DNA of 64,000 bases from Macrostomum hystrix (taxonomy: Eukaryota > Animalia > Platyhelminthes). The notes beneath the pieces were generated by a model. The model had not been told where the DNA came from, did not search any database, and saw nothing but the letters and a program-made list of their open reading frames with translations. Position numbers and translations under genes: made by a program. Of this stretch, positions 10,876 through 21,868 are shown piece by piece. How positions within the stretch are numbered: the first letter of the stretch is position 1; each line of letters starts with the position of its first letter. The DNA lies in assembly GCA_950097015.1 (NCBI GenBank), contig CATNEN010000010.1, forward strand, positions 3,038,001 to 3,102,000. Direction: 5' to 3'.

Positions 10876-13800
10876 TCACACTGCCTGCTGCTGCTGCCGC
10901 TCGATGCAGTCTGCCTTGAGCAGCGAGATGTTCGACGACAGCGGCTTGGCGTCCGGACCGCCGTCCTCGATCACCTGGGCATCGTTGGCATCGCGGCAGA
11001 CCCGCACGAAGGCCAGGTCATTGGCGATGTCGTCAAGCTGCGGTTCTTGGTCTCCGGCATGCAGATGAAGAAGAAGATCCAGAAGGGGACCACAACGCCG
11101 AGGTAGATGAGGAACACGTAGCCCTCGATAGCCAGCTTCAGGTTGACGAAGGTGGTGGACACCAGCAGGTTGGAGATCCACTGGACGCCCTGGCTCAGCG
11201 AGTAGGCGGCGCTGCGAGGCTCCTGGCGGAAGACCTCGGCAACGATGAAGCCGGGAATTGTGCCCAGGCCGAAGGCGAAGCCGGCTGTGTACACGAAGAT
11301 GAACACCATGAAGGTGATGGAGGCGCCGTACTTCACACTGTCGGAGTCGGACTCCTTGACCAGGACGGCGCTGACGCAGAGAACAACGAGGCTGACAGCC
11401 AGCACTGCCGACGGCGCCAGGAGGAGTGTCCGGCGGCCGAACTTCTCCAGCAGCGGCAGCGAGATCACGGTACACAGCACGTTGAAGAAGCTGAAGCCGA
11501 GGTTCACGTAGGGCACGGCGGCGCTGGTGATGCCAGAGATCTCCATCATGGCGGTCGAGTAGCTCATGACCTGACAGTTCAGCAAATCAGCTGGAGTTAG
11601 AAGAAGCTTTGCGCCCCACGGACACCCCCCCTGATCCCCAGTAGCATGGGATTAATCTGAATCAGCTAGATCTGTAACACACTAAAAGTGGGGAACGAAA
11701 CTCGCGCTGGCAGACCGAGACCGGTTTCTGGCTTGTTTGTCTTCGTCAGTCAGCCATAGCCACACGCAGTCCTCTCCCACCACTCTTAGTGAGCACGTAA
11801 GTCTGTTTTAACCTTGCCATTTTATGGCGATACTTTTTTAGTGCTATGTGAGAGTTTTGCAGCGAAGTCTTTGCTTTTCTACTGTTGTCAGTAGTCTGAA
11901 TTGTATCTCTCAGAAGATCCTCTAAGAGCCTCTGCTAATGTACAAAAATAGAAATCTCTGAAAAATATTTGGTCACAAAATTTCCTGTCTGGTGGTAAGG
12001 GAAGAACAATGCAACAAGCGCAGCGCCCGCCCCGAAACCTCGTCTGCCTTGGCGACAATTAACAGTGCTGTTTTGTTAGACAATGCTCCAGTGTTATAGT
12101 TGCTAGGCGGGGGAATAAGCTCTGAGTGCTTCATTTGGCATTCGGGAATTAGTGCCTGGACTAAAGCCGGGGCATTGGGAGCAGCTGTCGCAGCGATAGA
12201 ACAATTCAATGGCCCAGCATTTCAGTGCGGAAGGCTGAGCACGGCATAGGGGAGGTGGGTGTGAGGGAGAAAGGCGGATCCCCTCCTTGTTTCTATGAGT
12301 TCTCCCCTCCCAATTGCGCTGTGTAAGCCTAGGCGTATGTTGCCGTGACGACCAGCTCAACCGCCCACGTGTTTGTTGTCGATGCGAGCGCTAATGCACT
12401 GGCAAGATTTGAAGAGAGTCTCAGTTGAGGTTCCTTCTCAGCAAGTCCTGAGCTCTCACAGCCTTTCCAGTTGGATCTATAGCCTGACACACCCCTGCCC
12501 ATCAACTGCTCAGCGGGCAGCCACTACACGGCTGAGCAGTGCAGACAATGAAAGTCGAATCTGGTCACATGACACGACGCTATCTTAAATTATTCTTTTG
12601 TTTAAGAGGCCCATTTATCCTACTGTATTGTCTTCTGTCTTCTTTCTTATAGTACTATGATTGATGTGATGTACTATGATCGTACTTTTTGCGAAATGAA
12701 CAATTGACGCAGGCATAATGTGTCTGTGAAAATTCCTACAACCAATTAACATGCCTTTATTGCTCTAATGCCATTCTAATGTACTCAAATGTAATTCTAA
12801 TGTGCTCTAATCTCGTTTAAATGTGCTCTAATGTCGGGCAGCTCGCCGAACTCACAGCGCTGATTCCGCTGAGCTGTTGCATGATCTGGATGCCGACAGC
12901 GATAGCCACTGGCATGCGCAGGTCGGCCTGGGTGAACAGCTGAACAAACTTGAACTTCTTAGCCGGAACGGCGACGGTCTCGACGGTCTCATCGGCAGCC
13001 TGATCCTCCAGGGTGCAGCTGCCATTGTTGTCCATCTCGCGGCGCATCTCCTCGATGTGCTTGTTGGGGTCGTCATTGGGGTACAGGCGCTCCAGCGCCT
13101 TCTTGGCCTCGGCCTCGAGGCCACGGTTCATGAAGAGGAAGCGCGGCGACTCCGGGCAGAACGGCAGGACGATCAGGGAGATGACGGCCGGCACGCCGGT
13201 GAGGGCCTGGGCCACGATCCACAGGTCGCGGTGGTTCATGGTCTGCTCGAGGCCGGAGCAGACGAAGGCGACCAGGATGCCGATGGTGACGGCCAGCTGG
13301 TGGCAGGCGCCGATGGCGCCGCGGATGTTGATGGGAGCGATCTCGGTAAGGTAGATGCTGGCCAGCCCGATGGTCACACCTGGCGGCGGCGATGAGTAAG
13401 GGGTATGTTAGGCGCCGATGGCGCCGCGGATGTTGATGGGAGCGATCTCGGTAAGGTAGATGCTGGCCAGCCCGATGGTCACACCTAGGGCGGGGATGGG
13501 TCAGGAGTGTGTTAGACAGGGTGTTAGACAGGCTAAGCGACCTGTTTTGTGGGTGTCAGGTGGAGTAGTAAGTGGTTGCCGGGAGCAGTGAAAGCAGCTT
13601 ACCGCAATTAAAGCCAATGAAAGCGCGGCCGATGTACAGCAGATACGGCACTTTGGTCACCACGGTAGGCGCTGCGATGATGGCTCCGACTATGATGAAG
13701 GCATTGTTGAACAGTAGACCATTGCGCCTAGAAATCGAGGCGGATATTGTGCGATAGTCACCATGGAAACGGCCACACCCACCAGAGGACACAAATTAAA

Positions 13801-14570
13801 GTTTTTATGACCTGAGAAAGTGTGTCTTGGAGCTATGCCATCATAAAGCTACGATTATGTAAAAACAGTAAAAATAGCAAAAATACGAATGCATAATAGC
13901 TCGTATTGCATTGTAAATGGGTTTTATTGCTTTGCATATTGCTTTGCCTCTTCATTCGCCCTGCGTCTCTTCTCACAGGCAATGACGTGAGTACACTGTG
14001 CAATTGTGCCCAGGACTGTCAATCAAAGCTTCTCAGATGATGAGAACGCATGCCCACCGCTATGTCCAAAGCCTCTTAAAACTGCATCTAAACTGCTCAC
14101 CTGCCAAAGTAATTGGAGATGGCGCCGGTGCAGAAGGCTCCTATAGCGCCGAACACAATCCAAACAGTCATTATGAGCGAATAGTACAGGCCGATTTTGT
14201 ACTCAACACCGGTGCCACCATCGTTGGTGCCGTTGCTGCCGGGTGCTGGGCAGGGGCTAATCTTCAGCAGATTCTCGCTCAGGAAGCACTCGATGTGCTG
14301 GCATGAGGTTGGGTTGGGAGCTGGTTATGGAGACTGTCCTGCGCTCAGAGTCTAAATAATCGAAGCTCACCTGCTTAGGCCCGTTGAACACGGAGATGTT
14401 GTAGCCATAGAGCAGAGAAGAACCAAAGCAGGTGATGAAGCAGGACAGGATCAACCACGGAGTGATCTGAATGCAGGAGCAATATTGGGCTAGCAAAGCA
14501 GGCAGTCATATTTGTGCATTGCTTGAATTCAGTGCAGTTGTCAGATAAGTAGACTCACCACTTTTCCCAT
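10876..14570 (-). CDS. Facilitated glucose transporter (GLUT/SLC2 family), 6 coding exons, with a 1-nt frameshift in the C-terminal tail
   Basis: Exons 14559-14570, 14371-14466, 14101-14297, 13603-13727, 12856-13379 and 10876-11570 are all GT-AG with consistent phases. Motifs GRR, YLTEIAP..RGA, PESPR, QQLSGI, EKFGRR and PETK. Frameshift at ~11035. Confidence 0.92.
11673..11914. mobile_element. Solo LTR in GLUT intron 5, 5-bp TSD AGATC
   Basis: Starts TGTAACAC and ends ...CTCAGA. AGATC lies on both sides (11668-72, 11915-19). Homologous to 56558-56817. Confidence 0.85.
13411..13484 (-). repeat. 74-bp duplicate of the start of GLUT exon 5, with its own acceptor and ending in TAA
   Basis: Matches the first 74 nt of the exon beginning at 13379. 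Preceded by CCCGCCCTAG and followed in frame by TAA. Confidence 0.9.
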
Positions 14571-15353
14571 GACTTGTGTGTCGCGTGTGTCGCCTGAGTT
14601 CAGTTGAAGAGCCAGAAGCTGAGCTGTGTGGGCTAGACAATCTCTTTTTGGGGGCCGCAAGAAAGCTCTGCTAGATAGTACGGCGTGCGGGGTGTTAAAG
14701 GAGTGAACAATGGCGCGCGCGTGGTCTCAGAAAGACAGCTCTATCCTCTGATCCACCCCAGAACCTGCATCCCACACCCGCGACCCTGCAGTGTCCTCAG
14801 ACAACCTCTCTCCTAGTAGCGCCGTCAACAGAGGCAAAAATAGGGACAAAAATAGACTTGGGATTCGTGGCCAACGAACTTGGTGCAGCACCAAGCTGCA
14901 CCAAGCTACCCCACCCTCTCATATTCACTTAATAAATCATCATCCCCTGAAGATTAAAGCAACAGTGCTAATGCCTAAAGCAACTTTTGAATTTGATATA
15001 TCTGTAAACTCATTGAAACTGTTTAGCGTTTAAAATACATAGTTTTACTGTAACGAAATCTCTTCAAAATTGAGCACATATTCAAGCATATAGATTGTAA
15101 TAAAAGAGCATGTCGAAGGCGGCGTTCAAATCTTCTGATAGTCGAACCTCGGTGCAAACTTATTGACTGACTATTTATTTTATAATATATTTAAAATCAT
15201 CGTTAAAACAAATTTATAACATTAAAAACGCAATCAATTATAAATGAAAAAAGTGACACGTTGCAATATAAAAATGGCATAAATATAATAATCCGTACAA
15301 TTAAAATGAGTACCTAAGAATATTACAAGATTGTAAATTAATAAATTTGTGCG

Positions 15354-15925
15354 TGCTATGTTTGAAAAACACGAATGCACTTGGGTTAATGAATTGAAGA
15401 AGGGCGTTATTTGAGCAGCTCCAAATTGGCAGGAGCACGAAGCTCGCTCTTATATTTCTTTACCTTAAGGGCATTGAAGTTTCTAGCAAACAAGGTGTAC
15501 GGTAACATTTTGCCCCGATGGCACAGACTACTTTTAGAAGAAAATAAATCTATGAATAATGCAGCATATGCAACACCCCCACCGATGCTGAAAATCGTCA
15601 GTAACCAAAACGATCAGGGGGTCGACGTTGGTGAGAACTCCGCCTCGGTTCTTGCACCGCTTCCGTAGCTTGATTAGCCGTGGCGTCGGTGGTTTTTTCC
15701 TCTGGAACTGGTTTTTGATTTTGGTCTGAAACAGATCCGTCAGTCACGCCATGAAGCTTTGGCATAATATCCGATTGATGCATCAGCCGACCCTTGTCGT
15801 CGAGAAAGGTATTGGTTCCGACGGAAGTAGTAATCGTTGACGGAACCCTCTCTTCCTTGTGTTCCACACGAATGAAAACTGGTTCGGCTTGTAGTCGAGG
15901 TCGAATCCATTCAGTGCACACTCTT
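15354..15925 (-). mobile_element. 3' part of the same Gypsy family (integrase C-terminus, PPT, 3' LTR 15354-15575)
   Basis: The LTR is the reverse complement of 6141-6381, with a few substitutions and indels. G-rich PPT abuts it. The ORF ends RRSSHQRRPPDRFGY*, a typical pol tail. Confidence 0.9.
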
Positions 15926-15942
15926 CAAGGGGGTACTGCAAG

Positions 15943-16230
15943 GGGGTTGTAGCCTATAGTGTTTAGAGCGTGGGCCTCACTACTTGAAGGTCGAGGGTTC
16001 GATTCCCGACGTCACTGGAACAACCTGTGTATTTTAGCAAGACACTTAACTCTGCATTGCTTCAGTTCACCCAGCTGTTAAATGGGTACCAGCATCAGCT
16101 GGGTCATTTGAGGGTTGGGTATGTCGTCCCACCAGTCCATGGACTGGACAGCCGTACGCAGGTTCGAGAATCGGTGGCTTAGTGAGCAGTTGTGTGTCCA
16201 GGTTCTGTATTCAGGGCTCTACGCTGGTGT
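15943..16230 (+). mobile_element. tRNA-derived SINE, copy 1
   Basis: A-box-like head and B box GGTTCGATTCCC, then body AAGACACTTAAC...CACCCAGCTGTTAAATGGGTACC shared with 18320-18652 and 62195-62430. Confidence 0.85.
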
Positions 16231-16389
16231 TTAAAAAGAAGAATTTGCATTGTGCTTATAAAAGCCAAGTAGAATGAAATTCTATTGATTTCTAGATTCC
16301 CGCCTAGCGACAGTTGCTAAGCGCAAAAGCAGGTGCATCCAGTTCTCGTTAGCATCTGACAGAAATGAGAAAGAATTGCTTGGAAAGTG

Positions 16390-16700
16390 GCGCTACTCAT
16401 CGCACTCTCTAATGAGTCCCTTAAAAGTGCACCACACCCACCCCAGCCTCCTCTCTACATGCTCCACTCTAAACCCAGGGTGGCTGCAGGATTATACGAA
16501 ATGCAAGCTGAGCACAAGTTTTTCTTCCTGCATTAGGAACTGGTCTGAACTGGACCCTGCGAGCCCGCCTCTTCTCTGCTCAGTCAATTAACTGCAGGAC
16601 TGTGCCTGAGCACTTTCACTGACTTTAGCCTTTGTATTTTGCTAAAGCTGTACACCTTTTTTACGCATGAGGACCTTCAAGATTAGATTTAGATTTGATA
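16390..16700 (+). mobile_element. Possible 3' remnant of a CR1/L2-like LINE
   Basis: SFSSCIRNWSELDP resembles the SFFP..IR.WN.LP C-terminal motif. A short (TTAGA)-like tail lies near 16680. Confidence 0.3.
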
Positions 16701-16926
16701 CTTACTTGGATACACGCCAAGGCTGACTTTCTCTTTCGTGACCTCTTCCTATACCCAAAGGTGTGTTATGCTCTGGCATAGGCAATCATCATCCAGGACT
16801 GTCGCTAGGCTAGCGTTGCAGCAATTAGCCATACTCATCAATTGCCTGTTGTTTACGAGCTACAAAGCTATTTGTTCCACTTGCACCTGTGGCAGGATAT
16901 CCTACTTGCATCCGCATGGGCAGGAC

Positions 16927-18923
16927 CACAGATACTATAAACACTAGATAGGCCACTCAGGCTAATTTTCTGGGCAAGTTTTTTATTCTACTTTCTGCTT
17001 AGTAGCAATCAAAGGAAGCAACAGTATTATTTGCTAAGTTAGACAAAACGAGCGACTGTTTTCGAGACATCATTTGCTATAATATCGTCATAGACAACTA
17101 ACTTGTTTGGGCAGTAATGGCGTACATTAAGACGCGACAGTGTACAATGCCGCTTATCTTTTAAAGAGGAGGGAGGGGGTAGTCTGAAATGGGGTTTATA
17201 TCGGTTTCCTATAAGGCAGGGCAGGGTGAGTGGATCGATAATTTAGGCGCACTGGTGGTGGGGATAGAAAACCAAGGACTGCACATAGCTATCCTGGGTT
17301 AGGGGTGGGGGTTTGAGAGGTTGGGGGTTAGAAATTTTGGGGCTGGCGAATCGTGTTTAAATACAAGCTTATATTGTTGATAAACAGGAAGAGTCAAGAG
17401 TTATTGAAACTACTAGCTTTTCTATCTCGTAGAAATGATTCGATTTGATTCGAACCACTGCTGTGCTCCAATTGCACGAGCTCTGTGCTATCACCACCGA
17501 GAAAGGAAATCCGGTGCGAATGCATAGATTTCCAAAAGATAAAACTGTGGCGAAGCGCTGGCAGCAGCTATTGGAGTTGGATATTGACCTGCAAACAATT
17601 AAGTCGCGGGGCCTACGTGTATGCAGCATGCACTTTACGGACGAGGCCTACAACTGCCCTACAAAGCGCCACGAACAAGACACCCGTCTTCACTGGGACG
17701 CAATCCCACACCGAGAGCTGGTGCTGCCTCGGCTCGTTCGAATAGACCCTCTGTGCAAAGAACTGATGATGAAGCTGACAACATGTACCCTCCAATGCTG
17801 GAGCCAATTAGCGTTCAATGAAAAGCCCGAATTGGCGCCCTGAGATCAGTAGCGGGTGGCGGGCTCTCTAAGCCGGATTCATCGGCTAGGAACTGTGAGG
17901 ATGACGGCTGCTCAGCTGCGATCTCAGCTTCCGGCGCATCAGCTTGCGCATCAGTAGGACGAGACGACAGCAATGCTGCAACCAGTGACTGGACACCGCC
18001 GAGTGAAGCCTCTGGCAGCAATTCAAACAAGCAGCCATCCCGCTGCTGCACGAACCGATAGGCCTGGCTACTGTCCAAGACGATGCAGTACTGAACGAGG
18101 CCACTGAATACGTAGCTGGTTACGTGCTGAAAAAGAGTGGCGTATTGGACTGCAGCGACTGCAGGGCGGAGCCGACAGTGTCAGATTCGTCTGGCTGTCA
18201 TATGCAGCACGCTGCGAAAGTTTCACAAACTGCGATGAGCTGATTAATTGATGAGAAATCATTCTATTTAGATAAACGAATTTGGAGTATATAATAGCTT
18301 GCATTTGCTAAGTCATATACTAGTAGTAGTAATAATAATAATAATAATAATAATTGATTACACCTGCCCCAATTGGGCCAGATGTGCAGCCGACAGCACT
18401 GCCGCAGCCAATGCGCGGCGCATCTGAAGGCTGATCTGCGTACGGCTGTTCAGTCCATGGACTGCGGGGAACGCAACACCCACCTTCAATTATCCCAGCT
18501 AATGCTGGTACCCATTTAACAGCTGGGTGAACTGAAGCAAAGCAGAGTTAAGTGTCTTGCTAAAGGACACAAATTGTTTTAGTGGAGTCGGGAATCGAAC
18601 CCCCGACCTTCAAATCGTGAGTCCGACGCTCTAACCAATAGGCTACAACCTCTTCTAGGCTACAACCTAAGTATAGTTAACTGCAATAATATGGCCGTCA
18701 ATGCAATCTAAAGCATTCACACTAGTGCTTTTTGTCGTAGAAATTATAGTTAAATGTTTATTTTTGCTAATAATATCATAATACAATTGCTGCATTGTAT
18801 TCATCTTGGTTTTAAATTAAAAAAACGCCTAAATTTTTTTTATCCCTACTAAGCAGAAAGTAGAATGAACTCGTGTTGTGAAAATTAGCCTGAGTGGCCT
18901 ATCTAGTGTTTATAGTATCTGTG
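16927..18923 (+). mobile_element. P-element-like THAP transposon with ~45-bp TIRs, internally deleted, SINE inserted
   Basis: TIR CACAGATACTATAAACACTAGATAGGCCACTCAGGCTAATTTTC at 16927 with its reverse complement ending at 18923. THAP (NHCCA.NC, frameshifted; MHRFPKD..W..VCSMHF) and C-terminal EYVAGYVLKK..DCSDC. No TSD seen. Confidence 0.88.
18320..18652 (-). mobile_element. tRNA-derived SINE, copy 2 (most complete, with (TTA)n/(CTA)n tail)
   Basis: A/B boxes and the conserved body. Simple-repeat tail at 18320-18356. Confidence 0.88.
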
Positions 18924-19780
18924 GTGAGAGTGTAACACGGACCACGTGCTTAGACAATTGTCTTAAATCTGCAGGTTTCCTTCTAAACGTGTTTTTAGTG
19001 ACATATGACTTTAAATATTTTTTAACAATTGGTATTATTTCTAATTGATTTTCAGAAGTACATGCGAGTCATTACATATATATTTTTTCTTTTCGTTCCA
19101 TTTAATCGTTGTTTCGACTTTTTTATTGTTATCCAAACGAAATCAGAATTAAGTAAATAAAATTGAACATTGAACATGAAAACATTGAACATTGAAATTC
19201 AAAGACATGCGAATAGCGCGCATTTTGTAAAAAATTAGATTCGATTTTCAGCTGCGTTCAGTCACGAATTCCATTCCCATATCTGCAGAGAAATATGTCG
19301 CAATGCCTCCTATAGTAGCAGTAGGGCTGTAGCCGAAAACAAACTGAGCATTTAGTTTTTTTTAAGTTCGAACATACTTTTATCAGGTGCACTGACAAAA
19401 ATACTAGTATCTACTATCTACGGTTTAATAGAAGGGCAGTATTCTCACAACCAATTCCTAAAACCCTTGGCACAATGCTTTGTCGTTATGCACAGCAAGT
19501 TCAGATCTTAAAGCGACGCCGACGTGTTGTGATAATCGAGGGATTTTAGACAAGTTAAAATCTCCGGCTCCAAGATAGATAACTCAACTAAATTTTCAGC
19601 GCCGCACGAGAACAAAAATCTGCGAGACCCAGATATCTCGTATAAGTACTGCATGGGAACGATGCATGTCTACACATTTGCATTTAATTCTTATCGTCAC
19701 GTGCTGTGGCGTGTGTAAATATGAATGCTACATGGTGTCTATTCAGCTACCGCTACAAAATACTTATCAGCAAGAATGTC

Positions 19781-19787
19781 TATAAAA
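19781..19787 (+). promoter_or_regulatory. TATA box of the small secreted-protein gene
   Basis: TATAAAA 74 nt upstream of the ATG at 19855. Confidence 0.55.
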
Positions 19788-19854
19788 ATGTAACATCAAA
19801 CAGTCCAACAAAAAGGATCCGCTACTCGGATAGTAAGACTATTTTTAAACGAAG

Positions 19855-20746
19855 ATGAAGTTCTTCATTCTACTCGCCCTGTGCGCCTTTGCCACTGTGG
19901 CACAGGCCAACTGTAAGTCGATATATCTATTTAAGTTTTGTCACCTCCTTATACATAAACATTATTAATGGAGTCCACTTGGAAGGTTGCGAACTGAAGC
20001 TTTCCTATTTCGGTCGCTAGTCCGGGGTCATGTTGAGTGCCACTTCTGAGGTCCTGTAGGGTTCCAGTCCTGAGGTCCTGTAGGGTGCCAGTCCTGAGGT
20101 CCTGTAGGGTTCCAGTCCTGAGGTTCTGTAGGGTGCCAGTCATGGGGTCCTGTTGGGTGCCAGTCCTGAGGTTCTGTAGGGTGCCAGTCCTGAGGTCCTG
20201 TAGGGTGCCAGTCCTGAGGTCCTGTAGGGTGCCAGTCCTGAGGTCCTGTAGGGTGCCAGTCCTGAGGTTCTGTAGGGTGCCAGTCATGGGGTCCTGTTGG
20301 GTGCCAGTCCTGAGGTTCTGTAGGGTGCCAGTCCTGAGGTCCTGTAGGGTGCCAGTCCTGAGGTTCTGTAGGGTGCCAGTCCTGAGGTCCTGTAGGGTGC
20401 CAGTCATGGGGTTCTGTAGGGTGCCAGTCCTGAGGTCCTGTAGGGTGCCAGTCATGGGGCCCTGTAGGGTGCCAGTCCTGAGGTCCTGTATAGGGTGCAA
20501 GCAACGAACCCTAGCAAATTCACCATCTAAAATGAAATGAAACCCCACGCAGACGGCATGGACCCGATGATTCGCGATGCCATCGACTGGGTTGAGCGGT
20601 TCGTGCCGGAGGTCAAGGAAGTGCGCATCAACGGCAGCTACATCGAAATCCTGGCCAAGGTCATCGACGCCATACAGCGGTACCCAGGCCTGAAGGACCA
20701 AATGCAGAGGGATAATCCGCTGCTGTTCAAGCTGCTACTCGGTTAA
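19855..20746 (+). CDS. Two-exon small secreted protein, 83 aa, unknown family
   Basis: Exon 1 19855-19912 gives MKFFILLALCAFATVAQAN with a GTAAGT donor. Exon 2 20553-20746 follows CCCCACGCAG. Phases join in frame (NYGMDPMIRDAIDWVERF...LLFKLLLG*), and codon usage is GC3-rich. Confidence 0.85.
20040..20490. repeat. 24-bp minisatellite (~19 copies) in the intron of the secreted-protein gene
   Basis: Unit CTGTAGGGTGCCAGTCCTGAGGTC and variants. Confidence 0.95.
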
Positions 20747-21408
20747 ACTTTAATAAGCTCGTAAACTTGCACTCCCCAAAGTACACTCGATATAACAAAG
20801 AAACTTAAAAAATTGCCACTAAATAATGATGTAAGGGTATATTATTAATAATATATATTTTGATTGAAATAAGCTGCTAAATTTTGTGCCAAAAGAATTA
20901 TGAATAAATAAAGCCAATGCAACTCGAATAGCTAATAGTAGAAAGCTAGTTTTCTAAAAAGCTAAAAAAGAATTTCAAATTTGCTCAAACAAATAGCTCA
21001 CATTCAAACTGCAGGGTGGGAGGCACAGGTACAGGTACTTTTATACCCACATGCTTTAAAATGCTCCGTAAAATGCCCTCGCTACAGTAGCTAGGCGAGC
21101 ACATAATTGCGATATGTTCATTTCATCGCATTCGGCATCCACTGTAAGGTTTTTTGCGATAGGTGTGAATTATCTCATCGCTTGTTTAGAAGCAAAATTT
21201 TCACGAAGAATTTAAACTTACTGCGAAAAAAACATTTCATTGATTACTGAATTGTACCATACTTCTAGCTAAGTTTGATGGAGATAGCTCGACGACGCAA
21301 CTCCTAGCTTTTGGCTCATAAACCATCGCATATCTCTTGCTGTCTTTGTGTAACGACTTAGTTCGCCTGAAATGGACTTTACCTTCAGAATGTTCGCTGT
21401 CTTCTGAC

Positions 21409-21652
21409 AGAGCTTGGCTGTCTCCAGATGGAGCTTGGCTGTCTCCAGATGGAGCTTGGCTGTTCGCAGATGGAGCTTGGCTGTTCGCAGATGGAGCTTG
21501 GCTGTCTCCAGATGGAGCTTGGCTGTCTCCAGATGGAGCTTGGCTGTTCGCAGATGGAACTTGGCTGTCTCCAGATGGAGCTTGGCTGTTTGCAGATGGA
21601 GCTTGGCTGTCTCCAGATGGAGCTTGGCTGTTCGCAGATGGAGCTTGGCTGC
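21409..21652. repeat. 21-bp minisatellite (~12 copies) downstream of the cGLR stop
   Basis: Unit GAGCTTGGCTGTCTCCAGATG / ...GTTCGCAGATG. Confidence 0.95.
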
Positions 21653-21868
21653 CTATATGTACCGATTAGAAAACTGATCAAAGGATGTGATGTCTCAAAT
21701 AAAGAGCAGCAAATTATGGCATACGTTTTCCGACAATCGCTTTTACCAGACCGGCTCCCGAGGGTCGTCGCAGGGTTTCCTCGATTAGTTTCTTTTTTAA
21801 AAGCGGCTGAAATACAGTTTCAGAGGCCTCTACTAGCAAGAAGGCAAAAAGGCGAGAAGGAACTGATG

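Noticed and set aside
15943-16020. tRNA genes at the tRNA-like heads (also 18590-18652, 25850-25915, 31180-31245, 62195-62260)
   Set aside because: There is no closing acceptor stem and the heads continue into a shared SINE body.
19949-20701. Long repetitive ORFs (LQDLRTGT, HPTGPQDW, CRVPVLRS)
   Set aside because: They are by-products of a 24-bp (3n) intronic minisatellite and overlap a better-supported spliced gene.
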